Source: the human T2T-CHM13v2.0 reference genome, Homo sapiens
Strand: one strand, 5' to 3'
Length of the DNA: 64,000 bases
Assembly: GCF_009914755.1 (NCBI RefSeq)
Contig: NC_060930.1
Shown piece after piece: positions 1 through 15,450 of the stretch. The position numbers and the translations under genes are program-made. The notes below the pieces were generated by a model that did not search any database, was not told the origin of the DNA, and was given only the letters and a program-made list of their open reading frames with translations. How positions within the stretch are numbered: position 1 is the first letter of the stretch; every line of letters starts with the position of its first letter.

Positions 1-129
1 GCCAGACTAATCAAAGGCCTCAAAGAAATTAGGTATGTTTTATTAACAAATTAGATACTATATTAAAATAATGATTATGTACCATTGCCTTTGGTTTCCA
101 TTTATTTTTGCATCTCAGATGTCCTCTTG

Positions 130-1350
130 TCATTTTTTTCTTTCTAGACCAATCCTTGAAGATTTTAGCTTTTGGCTCATTTTCAAGCTATTCAAAATAA
201 TTCCTTGTCACAATTTTGGTAACTCCAGTATCCAAAAAGACAATTCTTCCAAAACCAAAACCTCAGCTCCTTGACTTCCTTTATTCACATAATCTCATCT
301 CTCTTCTTTCCTCTAGTTGTTCATTCTCATGGTCAACCCCTTCTAAAATCTCAATTTTAAGCATTTTACTTAACAATTGTTAGGTCTAATCATTTCACCT
401 TCCTCTCTGGAGGATTTCAAATCAAATAATCTTTCAATACATAAGAACCTACAATCAATTGATCCTATCAACTTTTCACTGTACCATACATATCCACCCT
501 CTTGTCTCCACCTTCCTTTTGATCCAGCTTAAACACCACGGTCACAATATTATAAAAATTAACTTGCATATAACATCAACTCCCTTGTGCCCTTCCTTGC
601 TTACTGTATTCTCTTGGCTTAAGCAAAACTCTGGTTAAACCCAACTCACCACTTACTCCTTGCCAACCCATGCACAGTGTAAGGTAGCTGGAGAAAAACA
701 TAAAACTTTGCTAACTCATCTCATGACCAGTAAATCACAATAACACTTATTTTCCTATTCCATTCACTCTTTGACAATTATTTCACATACTCTTATCTCC
801 TAAAAACTACCAAAGCTTTTACTATTCTAATTTTTAGTAGATGACCTTGTTTCCTACATCACTGAGAAAAAAAACCCACAAATGCCTACTCTATGTCTGT
901 GCCCATTTATTCTGTTTCCCCTTCTGTTACTTTAAATGCAGTGTCCATGCTCCTAGCAAAGGCTAATTCCACTACTTACTCACTAAATCCTATTCCCCTT
1001 ACATCTATTCATGACATTTACTCCAGCTCTTCCTCTCTACCATCAATTTTCCTTCTCTACTGCATCATTTCCATCCAAATATAAACATGTTTCCATTTCA
1101 CATTTCAAAAACAAAACACACTCACAAAAACAAACAAAAAGCATCTTTTGGTCCCCGTCTGCATTAGCTGCCATTCCTATTCCACCCATTACAGCAATAT
1201 TCCTAGAAAGAGCAGTTTCTAAAATCTTTCTTCTCACCGTCATTTAAACCGAATCCAATCAAAACTTTTGCCCTCACTTACTTAATCAAAACTACTCTTA
1301 TCAAGGTCAAGGTCATCACATCCGGAGGTCAATTCACATTGGTCATCTTT
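130..1350 (+). mobile_element. Degraded L2 LINE internal fragment
   Basis: C/T-rich sequence with L2-like motifs (ggttaaacccaactc, gctggagaaaaac, actactcttatcaaggtca). Boundaries approximate. Confidence 0.6.
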
Positions 1351-2634
1351 ATCACTATTTTTCCATGGTTTTAAAATTATTCACCTCCCCATGCTGACTG
1401 TGAACTCTTTGAGATGCTGTATATCATTTATTGTGCTATCTTGAATATTTAAAAAAATTCATTATATGTGTAACCCTTAAAATGTATCTGCTTAATGAAC
1501 AAACAACAAAATTTAACATCTGAAAATTGGAAATTCCAATGAGAGCACATCATTATTTACTAATCACAAATTCATGTAGAACCTTGTGTGAAAGTTCAGA
1601 TAAATTTCTGAGGCTTATTTTACCTCCAGTGATACTTTAGGAGAGTATTATGAGGAGATAGAACTAAAAATATGAAATTTTGAAAGCAGATATTCCAATA
1701 TTTTTATATATGAATTTTTTCATAAACCTTTTTACATTATATCATAACATATTTTATTGTAATTGAATCCTATAAAATGTATGAGTTACCCCTCCACAAA
1801 TTAGAAATAAAGTCTAAGGACTTACATTTTAAATAATTAAAAATAAAACCAAGGGGCATGACAGGGTGTGATTGTTCTAAAGGGTACTCTAAAAGTAAGT
1901 ATAGAAATAACTCATAATGATAGCTACACTACCTACTATATTTTACATTTTCTTTCACCAAACAAATTGCTAGGTCATTGTTCATAAGACACTTATATGT
2001 CAAATGAAGATGAAAGCCTTCTAGCTGTAGCTGAAGTTATTTTTTTTCAAAAATGTAATTGTTAGAATCTAGATCTTACCTCAGTTTCCAATGAAAATCA
2101 CCAATGGACATCATAAAATTAAATTACAGTTCATTCTTCTCCATTTGTATTTCCAACTACCGTGTACACAATTATAAAAAGAAATAAAGCTGCACGATTC
2201 TTAGGACCTATAACAATAACTCAGGAAAATAATGCGAAGAAATGGAACCATAAACATGTATTACAGCTTCCATGGAACAGCTTTTCAAAATTAAGTTTGA
2301 AAGTAGACAAAGCTTAGTATTTTGAGTCATCTATGACTCTCTTTTAACTCACAGCGGCTGAAGTGAAAGTGCGCAATATGTCAAATTAACTTGCTAAAAT
2401 TACTTTTCTCAACTTTACAATGCCCTTTAGGAACACTATTACTGAGAAGCTATTGTTGGCATTTACAGCATAAAACTTGATTTTGGAAGGCTGATATTGC
2501 AATAGCCTAAATATTACTAAATTGAAAACTGTATAGTACCAGTTATTTGATCATGCTACATGAAAAACTTAGTTTGTCAATGATCCACTTTTAGTTGAAA
2601 ACGAAAAAAAAAGCAGGGTTAGAGTTAGAATGAT

Positions 2635-2640
2635 TTTAAT
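2635..2640 (-). terminator. Candidate polyadenylation signal ATTAAA
   Basis: tttaat on the + strand. A U9 tract (2612-2604 on the minus strand) sits about 25-30 nt downstream, as expected for a downstream element. Confidence 0.5.
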
Positions 2641-3163
2641 GGTTGATTTATATTTAGATACAAGGAAAGAATAAAAAACAGTATCTACAATTAGAAAAAC
2701 TTATTGAAATAAACTCATGACTAAAAATGAATAATGTAATATATTCGTGTATTATCTTTCATATACTCATTGTGAGTTAAGATATAAAAAATAGACATTC
2801 ACATATTGTATTAATCTTACCGGTGCAGAGACATCTATTTAAATAAGACAAATCATAGTGTTAGCCATTTAAAATAATTTAGAAATGTATTCTCCTTTAT
2901 ATTTTCAAGTTCAGTACAAGTAAAATATATCACTAAGGAAAATGCATAACAAATAAGAGTAGAATGCTTATCAGTATGAAATAACCAATCTATCTCTTCA
3001 ATGAACCATGTAAAGACTTCATTTCAAACAAAGAATTATAAATTGATATGGGTATCAAAAGCAACTCCTAAAAAACAATTATGTCCAAGGACAACAGTTT
3101 TCCTACCACTTGCCATGGTAAATAGTATCATTGTTCTTCCACATGTAAAAGAAGCAGCTGTAG

Positions 3164-3638
<475 letters not shown>

Positions 3639-3895
3639 AGGACTAACTCTTAAACATGAATAAGAACTAAAAGTAAGCTAGATCTGATTCTATAATAACC
3701 TTACAAAACAACAAATTTACAAAAATGAATTCACAAATTGAGCTCATACCTACTTAAATATATCGTTATACTTCTCAGTATTTACAATATGTATATTCAC
3801 AAAGTAAATGTTGTTACAGACACAGAAAAACATCAAGCCCCCCTGCTGTGTTTAAAAATAAATAAAACCTAAATTTAAACCGTGTGTCTCATGAT

Positions 3896-4015
3896 CTATG
3901 TGCTCTGCAGTCTAATGTTCCGCATGTCTCTCAGCAGCACTGTTCGGTAGTTTTGTTCCAAAATTTCCATGTATTCAAAATAATCACTCACTCGAAACCC
4001 ATGCAGTGCTTCTTC
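3896..4015 (-). CDS. TBC1D32: TBC1D32 last exon, coding part (39 aa plus TAG)
   Basis: tttttggcAG|GAAGAA...ACA TAG. Translates [39 protein letters not shown]. Confidence 0.94.
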   Translation of the reverse strand, partial: EEALHGFRVSDYFEYMEILEQNYRTVLLRDMRNIRLQST

Positions 4016-6789
4016 CTGCCAAAAATTACAAAGGGAAAATTATTTACTTGAGTAAGACACACAATTCCAAGTTAATGAATTTTAAATAATTGATATACCA
4101 TTTATTTTCAGCTATAGATGGGGTGGGCTGTTTATGTTGCCAGTAAATGTGTCATTGCTTTTTATTTAGTGAGCTGTGCATATATGTGACAGGAAGAAAC
4201 TATATGTCCCCCTTAAATAAAGTTTTCTATTTTCAAAACCAAAAATGATTTACAGCTACCAAAAAAACAAAAGCAGATAAGGAAATCTTTCTAATTTTAA
4301 ATATAGTATCATGTTATACAATGATTGTTCAAATTTGTAATTAGTAAAGACCCTAAAACTTATCTACCAAAGGATACTATAATAGTGCAAGAAATATCTG
4401 TTGTATAAGCTACTGTCCATAAAACCTCCAAGAATCTGCAATTACTAATGTTGGTACTATGCACATCTATACTAATTTGGAATTTAATGGTTAGTGTTCC
4501 AAACGAGACACTCAAGAATAAACAGTAAGAACACCCGTTTAACAGTTTAGAGTCTTTTAGGGAATTTTATGACCATTCCTTTTAGTACCTCCAAATACAA
4601 TCTACGCAGTACCTACACTCAAGGCAAAACAAAATATGCGAAGAAAAGTCATCTTTGATTCAGTGTAATTAATATTTATAATGTTAGGAGTTGCAGAGGT
4701 TACAAAAACTTTGGAAAATTCATGCCTTTCAGGAGTTTATAGTTTAAAGGCAAGAATTACTATAAGAAGAAGAAAAAAAAGCAACCCAAAAGAATAAAAG
4801 ACAATGCATATCATATACTAGATACTGTGTTAGAGGCAGTTTATACAGAAGAAACCTCAATATAGAAATAGCTAGGAAAACATTACACAATCTCGATGAG
4901 AACAGATGTTTTTAAAGGCTTCAGATATCACTTATCACTTATGGTTAGTAACCATTCACAGCTTGCATATAACTTGGGGTAACTTTATTCTTATTTTGCC
5001 ATCATTACCAAAAATCTACATAGTTTGAGGGAAAGGTTAGTTGGGACATTCTAAAAAATTAACGACTGATCTACAAGGCTGATATTACAGCTGAAGAAAT
5101 GAAATGGTGTTGTTATATACTTAATACCATTAAGGCTAGAACAAATACCTTCCAATGTAAGTATCTGAGCTCTAATCTCAAGATAATTGTGAAATTATTT
5201 CAATCCTTCTTTCACTTCTTCACTCATTCATTCTCTTATTATACGTAAGGTTCTTGATTAGCACTGAAGACACGAAGATGAGTGAGAAGAGCCCTGCCCT
5301 AAAATGTTGACAACTGAGGTGTATATCATGTCTCTGATTTTATGTATAAGTAACTGAGTCAAAGGGAATATTTTTATCCTATGAATAGCAGAAATACTTG
5401 GTCTTTGTAAATTCCTGTCCCATTAAAAATATTTCACTTTTTTCTTTGGGGAAAAAATAGGATCAGAGTAAGAACAATCCTACTGTTCAAGAACTCATTT
5501 TAAACAGTTATTGTTATAGTCGTGGAACAATTATGAATTTATCCATTCATTTCATTCAAATTATGTGTGACGTGGCTTTAACTACCTCTTCACTAAAACT
5601 ATACCTAAGATGGGGAGGGATTATGGTAATGTCTTATTCTAACCAGAGACTAAAGATCCAATGGCAGAAGAACTGTTTCAGGACATATTATTTTCAAAGG
5701 AATACTTATTGTTCATTAAATACGAATTATAATAGGAGATGACAGCACTTGAACAAAGCTCTAATAATTCATTTCTGGGCAAAAAATAAGCAATATCTAT
5801 TTAACATCTTTTAATTATTGTTTCACTTTAATAAAAACCACCTAGGGACAGCCACAGTTATAACTCAATTTAAATATATTTTTTCCTCAGAATGTATTTT
5901 TTGAAATCATGGTTTCCATTTTAAACATTAATTGTAAATGCCCTGATAACTACACCAAAGAGATACCCATAAAAATGACACATAAGGCTATTAACGTCTT
6001 ATTTCATAAGAGAAAAATTTTAATACACATTTAAAAAGGAGTGTTTTCAAATGATATAGTTCATTATTGAAAATCTGTAGGCAATTTTAGCTCTGAATAA
6101 AATTCCAAAATATCTACATTTTACATTTTGTCTTCAAAGTAGAACATTTTTTCATCTTATCCTAAATGTTCTCTAATGGCCTTTTTAGTGGATAACTTTT
6201 ACTTGTAATTATGACTATTTAGACTGCCAGCTTATCGTTCAAGTTGTAACAGACTAATTCCTCAGACTAGTGCTTCATTATAATTTCATCTATAGACCAA
6301 AGTATATCAAACTCTATATAAAATATAAATGCCTTGATTATTTAAGTAGCAGATGCATTAATTACATAAGGTAATAACACTATTCCACTTTATATTAACC
6401 GTATAGTATTTGCTCAAGAAATTTTTTTAATAGATTACTACTAGAATGATTTAAGTTTTAGTTAGGAAGTTCATTTTGAGCTTATTGCATTTCGTTTGTT
6501 GTATCTAATGCTAATCAACTGGTATGTTTTTAATAATTTGCTGCCTTCATTAATTCTGAGTTTCAAATGTTGAATCATCCAAAAGTATTAAAAATTCCCA
6601 TTCTAAACCACAATGTTGGATGTATTCAATATTATATAATATGGTATATACGTAGTTTCCCTCTTTGCTTTGTGTACAGAAGTCCAGTTTCAAATTTCAA
6701 ATATGCATTCATCTGTTTTCTTTTAACTATTGAGAGCATTTGATTTGGGACCACTGAATCTAGGACATTGATTAAAATATCAGACTAGT

Positions 6790-6975
6790 CAATGAAAAAC
6801 AACTTGATATAGTAAAAGGAACACGGGATTTGGATTCAGACCAAATGAAAGGGTTTGAATTCTCCTATGTTAGTTACTAGATGTATGAACTTGGGTAAGT
6901 TTATTGACTCTAAGCCTCAATTTTTCATGTGTTAAATGTAGACAATAATATCATATGATTGCTCTCTGGATTAAA
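6790..6975 (+). mobile_element. MIR fragment
   Basis: gggtttgaattctcc...ttactag...ttgggtaagtttattgactctaagcctcaatttttcat resembles the MIR core. Confidence 0.65.
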
Positions 6976-6999
6976 TATTCTGAAATCTGAACTTCTTAC

Positions 7000-7445
7000 C
7001 ATAGATTAGGGTATCTTATATGATTTGGTCCCTGTCTCATCTCTTACCTTTCTCATTCCTTCACCTTGTTCTGGTCACAGTGGTCTTCTTGACACTCTCT
7101 AAGTGAGCCAGCTCATTCCGACCTCTGAGATCTTGCACTTGCCTTCATTCCTATTTAAGGAGGCTTTTGCCTAGGAATTCTTTGTATGACTTTTTCTTTT
7201 GCTTCATTCAGGTAGCTGTTTACCCCATCAAGGGTGGTCTTGCCTGGCCTCTTTATCTAACTGGCACCTTAGACTCCTCCATGTTTGATTTCCTTATTAG
7301 AAATAGAATAAGGTCTACAATACTTAAGATATTATGTATTTGTTCATTTATTTGCCTTCCAGGAGAATTTAAGGTCAATGTGGGCAGAGTAGTTGGTTCA
7401 CGGTTGTTCCACAATAAATAGGTTAATAAGTCCATGAGTGAATGA
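7000..7445 (+). mobile_element. L2 3' end fragment
   Basis: C/T-rich L2 3' region ending in a tgagtgaatga-type tail. Confidence 0.6.
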
Positions 7446-8320
7446 GCAATACCTGTAAAGCTCTTTGCCCAGTGTGTGGCATACAATAAGCACTCAAGAT
7501 ATTCATAGTGGTCATAAATAATGAGAACACATTTTTATTAATGATGGTCTTTGAAATGGCTTGCCTACATTTTCTTGATCACACTACAGACATATGATGT
7601 TAGGCATGGGTTGGCCTATCATGGATTACTGACTCCAGTCTCTGCTCCTCAACCCCTTGCCAGGAATATAAGGGAGCCATTTATCTAAAATATTAGGATG
7701 TTACTGGCTTTTCTTGCAACTTCAAAAATGTGTCTATTTTGAAAAGAAAGCTATACCAATACCTTGAAAAGTTATTTGTATCAGTTGATGTTTGCAAAAA
7801 TACTGAAGATACTAATTTTTAGCAGAAATTTGTTTAGAACTCCTGCAAGCCATGTGAGCTTAAAATCTGAATTGAAGATAAGGCCTTTTGCAGTAGTAAA
7901 CAGATAAAAAGCACAAAAAGATCAAGTGTGCTAACATGGTATACCCTGGTTTATGAATTCAGGACCAAGTTTAGATATTCTCTGATATATTCTTTCCCAA
8001 ATATTTAATTATTAATGCCCTTGCAAAATGATGATTTTTAAAATATAATATAGCTCTTTATAAATTACAGAGAAAAAAGGGTAAGGTAAGTTACTTTGAG
8101 TGGGTTAAACTGGAAGAGTTGACTTTTATTAATAACACTATGAGACATATAGAATAAAAAATTACCACAAAAGGTACAGAACTTAACATATACTTAACAA
8201 AAGTTAAAGACTTGCATTAATGTCAAATCTCATATAGAAAGCTCTTGAGAGAAGGAGGATTTATGAATATAGTTCTGCTCTTTACCCTTACTAGAGATAA
8301 TCTTTTTGTGTGTTGTGTCT

Positions 8321-8446
8321 TACATATATATACACATATATATACACATATATATATACACATATACATACGTATATATATACACATATATACATATATA
8401 CGTATATATATACATATATACATACATATATATACATATATACACA

Positions 8447-8484
<38 letters not shown>

Positions 8485-8514
8485 CATATATATATGTGTA
8501 TATATATATATATA
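8321..8514. repeat. Compound (TA)n/(CA) microsatellite, about 190 bp of alternating purine-pyrimidine
   Basis: Directly visible tacatatatatacacatata... array; it produces the I/Y/H-rich spurious ORFs. Confidence 0.98.
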
Positions 8515-9264
8515 TTCTTCTTGATCAAAGTGATAGAAACATAACAACCGGTAAGCAATGTTTCTTCCACTATGTTCCTTCTGGGGTGTTCAGTAAAACT
8601 AGAAACTCCTGGATGCAGTCCCTTAAATTTTCGAATCCTTGGCATTGGCATTGGCATTCTGGATTCTGATTTACCAACCAACTCCAAAGGTCACAGTTTT
8701 ATGTATTTTAAAGGTTTTCAAGCTACTTAAGATTTTCTACTACAATCTGACAACTCATGCTTCTGCCAAATAAATTCTGATTTAACAGGTCTGGGAAGGA
8801 ATCTAAATACATTAATTTTCATAAGTACCCTAAGTGATTCTTAGGACCAGAGAGTTTATATAGTGTTTGTAATTCTGGATAGAATGTGAAGTTCTTACAG
8901 ATTCAGGACATAGTATGTGGTTCTTGAAGATTTAAACTCAGCTGAAGGGTACTTGGAAATATGTGATTGTACCAGAGACTTGACTTAGTCTTGGCTAGGT
9001 TAATGAGGGAATAGGTCCTGATCAGAAACAGTATAAGAGGGTATTTCTGACCAAGGTGTGAAGGTAATGTCATTGACAGGTATTACTATTACATGATATC
9101 TTAAGAAGTCTCAGGAGCTGGAGAAAAATGGGAGCAAAAGTACACCAAAGTGTAGGTATGCACTCAGAAAATTCTGTTTCCTTTGCTTGTATTCTCTACA
9201 TATCTTCTTCTGTTAACAAAGAAATAAGAAGAATCTAGTAGAGGGATGTAGCAACTTAATAACC

Positions 9265-9440
9265 GCTAAGTTTTTTTAAGTACTTACTATGTTCCAGATA
9301 ATGGTCTAAAAGTATTTTACAAATATCATCTCATTTAATTCTTCAACAACCCTATGTGATGAAGAAACAAGCATAAAAGTCTAAGCAATGTACTCGAGCT
9401 CACACAGTGAGTGGCAAAGTTAGAATTTGAAACCAGATAG
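9265..9440 (-). mobile_element. MIR fragment
   Basis: tacttactatgttccag...tctcatttaattcttcaacaaccctatg...agaatttgaaaccag. Confidence 0.7.
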
Positions 9441-11075
9441 AATCAAGTAATATAAGGACAATGCAGAAAACGTATCTGCAAAACACAGCTGACAGTGTAC
9501 TGAATACCTTTAAAATATTTGCTCAGATGGTGAACTGTTTTAAATATTATGTATACTTTTATCTTATAAAAGCTTAGTATTCAATCAGATTTTCTCAGTC
9601 CGATCTTCATTTCTCACCCTGTCAACATTCTCTGGTAATAGCAGCTGCAATAGCACCAACAAAAAATCCCTCTTGACAATTTACTGATTGAGTTGAAATT
9701 AATCTGATTTTTTCATAATTATAAATTGATTTTGTTACAATATGCAAGATTTAGTTGATGCATTTTAATTAAGTATTTTAAGGCTTCACAACCTGATTTT
9801 CACAGAAAGGCAATCTTTTTCTAGGCTGGTATGTCAGTGAAGTTTGTCCCCAGGTTGAATTCACAAACTAAAGCCAAGATTGCTGACAGCCTATTAGCAT
9901 GTTAGAGAAGAATACAACACAGCTCACTAAAACACTAGGACATCCACATATGAACTACTATTAAACTGTCACTAAACCTGTTTGTGTGTGTGTATGCGCG
10001 CTACAGATGAGTTGAAAGAATATCCCAGTTGCTGGGATATTACAGAATATTTACTTTGTTGGATGTTTTTCCCCTTGGAAATATCTACAGACTTTCTGAA
10101 CCATCATCTGTCACAGATAAAAATGTTTAGAATTCCGGGCCCAAGGACTGAGCTCTTTCTTCAGCATATCTTCAGAGGCTGCCTTCTAGCTCGGTACTAA
10201 TCCATTAATCACCACAGCATGAAAATGATGCAGTTAACTGCTCTAATATCCAGCCCACATTCTTGTTGTGTCTAAAAGGATACTGTGAAACAATCAGACA
10301 ATGTTTTGTTGATATCAACTTATACCCAAGGCGTTCATCTAATCTTTCAGTGGTCTAATCTGAAGAGGAAAAATAAGTTTTTCTTTCCCCCATAAACCAG
10401 TTCTGCCTATTAGTGTTCACACCACCTTCTGATCCAAGAAATTCCAACTTATCTTTTTAATATATTGATTTGGAATCATGAAGAGCTCTTTAGTGACCTA
10501 TTAGAAATGTAGGCAATAAGTCTATATCCTCAATTACCTCATTTAAAATCTTGAGCCTAAACCAAAGTGACTACAAATGGACTGATATTTTCTTGATACT
10601 GAATATTGCACACAGATTTTTATTTCTAAAACAATGCTTTTATCATGTCATTTTATCTCAATACATGAAATTTAAATCAGGAAAAGAATTGTGTATCTTC
10701 ACTTCCTCAATACAACTGATAATAACTGAAAGTATAACATATTTGTGGTTTTCAATATTTTGAAAATGAATTCTGTTAGGCCCGATTATTTGAACTCATT
10801 TATAACAGTCAGATGCTTGATCTATTTATTTTTATATACTTATTCAATTTCTTCTTAAAAATAGTTTTATGATAAAAGAAGTATGAGCTCATTCCTCAAA
10901 TATAAAATAAAGCCCACATAAATATTTACAACAAAAAGTAGAAGTATCTTGTTTTACTTTATCTTCATTCTTCTTGGAAGCAATCATTATTAAATATGTA
11001 GAGCGAGGGGATAATGTGATTAAATAATCTATACAAGAATATTATTATGGCTGTGGTATGCAGTTACATGGGGAA

Positions 11076-11379
<304 letters not shown>

Positions 11380-12269
11380 TATATAAAGAATTATTGATAA
11401 GTCTTTTTTCCCTCTGTACAAATCTGAGATTTTGAATAGGAAAGTGTAAAACATAATTTCCAAGGTTCAATCTCTATAGCTTCAGTTGAATGAGGAATTC
11501 TTAAATCATGTGAGTATTTTTGACAGGGGATGTTTCTAGGGTAGGCAAAATAAAATCAGTTCATTAATCAATACTTCATTATTGGTTATTATATGAATAA
11601 GTGAAAAATGCTGTACATATATACTTCACAGACAAGAGACTATTTCAGGGCCAAATGGAGTAGTTAAAGGGATATGTAAATACATATTTAAATAAACTAT
11701 ACCAGAGTTTATCTCACAAGAAAAATGAGTGCCCATTAAAAGAGAACAGTGAATTTTGACACCTACCCACTGAAAATAAAACAACAAAAAAAGTAAAGTT
11801 ATGGTATCTATCAAAAAAACATTTGTCCTAATCTCTCAGATAAATGAAAACAACAAGGGTAAAAAGTAAGGTTAGTTCTAGGACACACGCTAAAATTAAT
11901 TCCTTGCCTACATGTTCTTAGTTTGGATTTAAACCAACGCTATTCAAATTTTAGTAATTTAACAGAGGCTTAGGTCATAATCTCCTCTCCCCATTTAATC
12001 CTTTAGTTTTAAACTGACAGCATTATGCTGAAAACACAATGGAGAATGGTTTGGGAACATTTAAAGAGGTTAATATTTGCAAACTCTATTATAATTTTTC
12101 CCTCAAATAGTCAAAAGAGAGATGAAACTGTAAATCAACATTAATCAAATTTAAAGATGATGCTTTTGATAGGAAGAAAAATAAGTGGTAGGCACTTAAT
12201 GAATTTAGTAATGTTTGTTATTTGATGTGAATAAAACAAAGTTTATTCATCTTTCCCATTTATTTATTT

Positions 12270-12510
12270 ACATTATTTACTTACACAATCAACAAATATG
12301 TATTGAATACCTATTATCTACCAGGTATTGTTTGATATATTGTTGAAAATACATCAGTAAATGAAACAGACCAAGTCACAGTCCTTATAGAGCTTACACA
12401 TTTTACCAGAGAAGACAGACAAAAACACATATAAAATAATTTCGGATGGTGATAAAAACTGTGAGAAAAACTAAAGTAGGATAAGATGTTAGAGAATTAT
12501 GGGTTGGGGG
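12270..12510 (-). mobile_element. L2 3' end fragment
   Basis: caacaaatatgtattgaatacctattat...aaacagac...agagcttaca. Confidence 0.65.
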
Positions 12511-13061
12511 ATACAGACAGATAAGAGTACAGGAAAATTTCAGACTCTGAAATTCCTATAACTGACCACTATAGATGATGAAAACGTCCCTTACTGAAAA
12601 TGAACCTACATTTTGTATTCAACATAATTTCAATTTGCTTAACACTTCCTGTATTCCAAATCACCTCTTAGAGAGCATTCTTTTATTTTTCTATCTTAGT
12701 TTTTCCTCTACATGTGCAATCATTTTTCTCAGCATACTTTTTCATTAAGACTGTTTCTAATCTAGTGATATATATCGAAAGTTTAAAACCTTTTGAATTC
12801 TGAATTGATGAAATAAAAATGATAATTTGGCAATCTTAAATGATCAATGGTATTTATTTAAAGAAAAATATCGTTAAATGGAAAATAACCCTGGCAGGTA
12901 TTTAATGGTAAAAAATAAAATTAATTTACATAGAAACTGTTTGTTGACCTAGAGAAAGCCTAGCAAATGATGAATGTTGTTTTTAGTGTATACGTGTATA
13001 TGTGTTCCTGTGGGATGGCAAAGGTAGTAGGGATAAGGAAACATTTTAAGTTCAAAGATTC

Positions 13062-13356
13062 TTTTTTTTTTTTTTTGGAGACGAGTCTCACTCTGTCCCC
13101 CAGGCTGGAGTGCAGTGGTGCGATCTCGGCTCATGCAAGCTCCGCCTCCTGGGTTCACGCCATTCTCCTGCCTCAGCCTCCTGAGTAGCTGGGACTACAG
13201 GCGCCCGCCAACACAGCCAGCTAATTTTTTGTATTTTTGGTAGAGACGGGGTTTCACCGTGTTAGCCAGGATGGTCTCGATCTCCTGACCTTGTGATCCG
13301 CCCGTCTCGGCCTCCCAAAGTGCTGGGATTACAGGCGTGAGCCACTGTGCCCAGCC
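13062..13356 (-). mobile_element. AluY-type element with 16-bp TSD
   Basis: AluY-like gcaagctccgcctcctgggttcacgcc. TSD aagttcaaagattctt at 13048-13063 and 13357-13372. Confidence 0.97.
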
Positions 13357-13732
13357 AAGTTCAAAGATTCTTAACTGTAAACAAATAGCTAGATTTCCAC
13401 CAAAAAATGAACACTGGGATGTATTTATATCTCATGTACTTTCTAAAGTCCCCAACTTCCAAAATGACATTATTGTAATTGAGAAAGTAACTATATCTTT
13501 TTTAAAAATAGCACCACATTTGGTGATAACTTTTTAAAATGAGTGCTATGATAAAATAATCTTTCATGAAAATCTTTTATAAAAATGGAAGTTTAGAAAA
13601 ATATAAAAATATGAAAGCATAGGAAATTAATATATTAAATATATTTAAAAAGTATCAAACCAATAAATTAAACTTTTATTGACCAAATAGCCCATAGGAA
13701 TATTTTTACAATATTTCTTTTTTGGCATAGCA

Positions 13733-13935
13733 TGTGGGTTACAAAGTGTTGGATCCAGACAGCTTATTTCATATTCCAGTTCCACTTTAGCTATACGGTT
13801 TGGGGCAACTTAACTCTGTGCCTCAGTTTACTCATCTCTAAAATGGGGATGATAATAGTATCTACCTCTCACCATTGGTTTTTAGGATTAAATGAGTGCC
13901 TAGAAAAAGTATCTAATATTAAGCAACCAAAGTTA
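13733..13935 (+). mobile_element. MIR
   Basis: cttaactctgtgcctcagtttactcatctctaaaatggggatgataatagtatctacctc matches the MIR core. Confidence 0.85.
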
Positions 13936-13977
13936 GCTATTAACTCAACATTTTCCTCTCCATATAAACATACTTAC

Positions 13978-14166
13978 TTTTAGGAAAACTTGCAGATCTT
14001 GAGTCTGAGTGTGCTGTAGAATGTCTTGCTGTAAATGTTTGAATACAGCTATACAGATATACACTTGATAATCAGGACCAAGGAAAACACAAGTAGCAAT
14101 ATAATGGCAGATTTCTATCCAATCTAAGTAATTCCAAAAACACTGGGTTATCCATTGCAGGCAAAT
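13978..14166 (-). CDS. TBC1D32: TBC1D32 penultimate exon, 189 nt, phase 0-0, TBC-like C-terminal helices
   Basis: (t)12aaAG|ATTTGC...CTAAAA|GTaagt. Translates [63 protein letters not shown]. Confidence 0.94.
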
Positions 14167-14856
14167 CTTTAAAAAAAAAAAGTAGTAAGTTCATTAAAAA
14201 ATTTATAAAACCACATTTGACTTTTAAAAAACATTAACCAATAACTCATACAAAACCAGTGAAAAGCTTAGGGCTTAATCAAAATACAAAGACAGTCTTC
14301 ATAGATGCCTAAAAAGGATGCTTCTCCTATTTGCTTCAGTTGTGAAAAAAACTTTCATGGCCTTGGAATTCAGGCCTTAAGGGTAACTGATAGTGGTCAC
14401 ACTCCTCATATACCTATTACTCAATGCCTTTTTTATTCTTATTGTGCTCCTCTTACCCAAAACACCAATCTGCTCTCTACAGATAACAAATGCTAAGAGA
14501 CTATTTTAATTCAGAGATGGGAGTTTTTTTTTTCTATACTACCTACAACCACAGATGTATAATTATGCAGATGACAGATTGCTAAATGTTACATTAATGC
14601 AAATGGACTCTTCCTGAATCAGAAAACAATTTAAACCTAACGGAATTACATAACATAAAATCTGGGAGCTAATGCAGAGAATATTTTAAAAATGAGACTT
14701 TTACAAAAGGAATTTTTTTTCCTGTTTATTTTTTGAATAACATTTGTTCAGATTATAAAAGCAATGCGTGCCCACTGTGGAAAACAGGAAAGTTTCAGAA
14801 AAAACAATAGCAATGACACAGAGATTATAAATACTGGAAACATTTTGATACATCAA

Positions 14857-15316
14857 TGTTATGGGTAAAGTTGAGCCCCACTCAAAAGATATGTCAAAGC
14901 CCTAACCCCCAGAACCTCATAATACAACTTTATTCGAAAATAGGGTCTTTACAGACGTAATCAGGTTAAAATGAGGTCATTACGGTGAGCCCTAATCCAA
15001 TACGACTGGTGTCTTTATAAGAAGGGGAAATACAGTCACAAAGACAGGCAGACAAAAGGAAGACAATGAAAAGACACAAATGGAGAACACCATGTGAAGA
15101 AGCAATATGTATCTGCAAGCTAAGATTCTAAAGGCTGCTAGAAACCAGGAGAGAGGTAAGTAACAGTTCTTTCCTTAGCAACTATGGAGTGAACATAGCC
15201 TTGTTAACACTTTGATTATGGCCTTTTGGCTCCAGAACTGTGAGAAAATAAATTTCTGTTGTTTTTAGCCACCAAGTTCATGGTACTTTGTTACTATAGT
15301 CATAAGAAACAAACAC
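14857..15316 (+). mobile_element. MLT1-type (ERVL-MaLR) solo LTR
   Basis: tgttatggg...aaatgaggtcatta...ccctaatccaat...ccagaactgtgagaaaataaatttctgttgttt...aaacaaacaca. Confidence 0.85.
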
Positions 15317-15417
15317 AACTACTTTCCAATATTTTCATTTTCATTTATGATTTACAAATTACTTTACCTTCGACAAAAGATTCCCCTTATTGAATATCTC
15401 TTCTCCTTCAGTTTTAT

Positions 15418-15418
<1 letters not shown>

Positions 15419-15449
<31 letters not shown>
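15419..15449. repeat. Poly-T tract (~31 nt)
   Basis: Directly visible. Confidence 0.95.

Positions 15450-15450
<1 letters not shown>

Noticed and set aside
8223-8687. Six overlapping I/Y/H/C-rich ORFs
   Set aside because: Artefacts of the TA/CA microsatellite, which has no stop codons in any frame.
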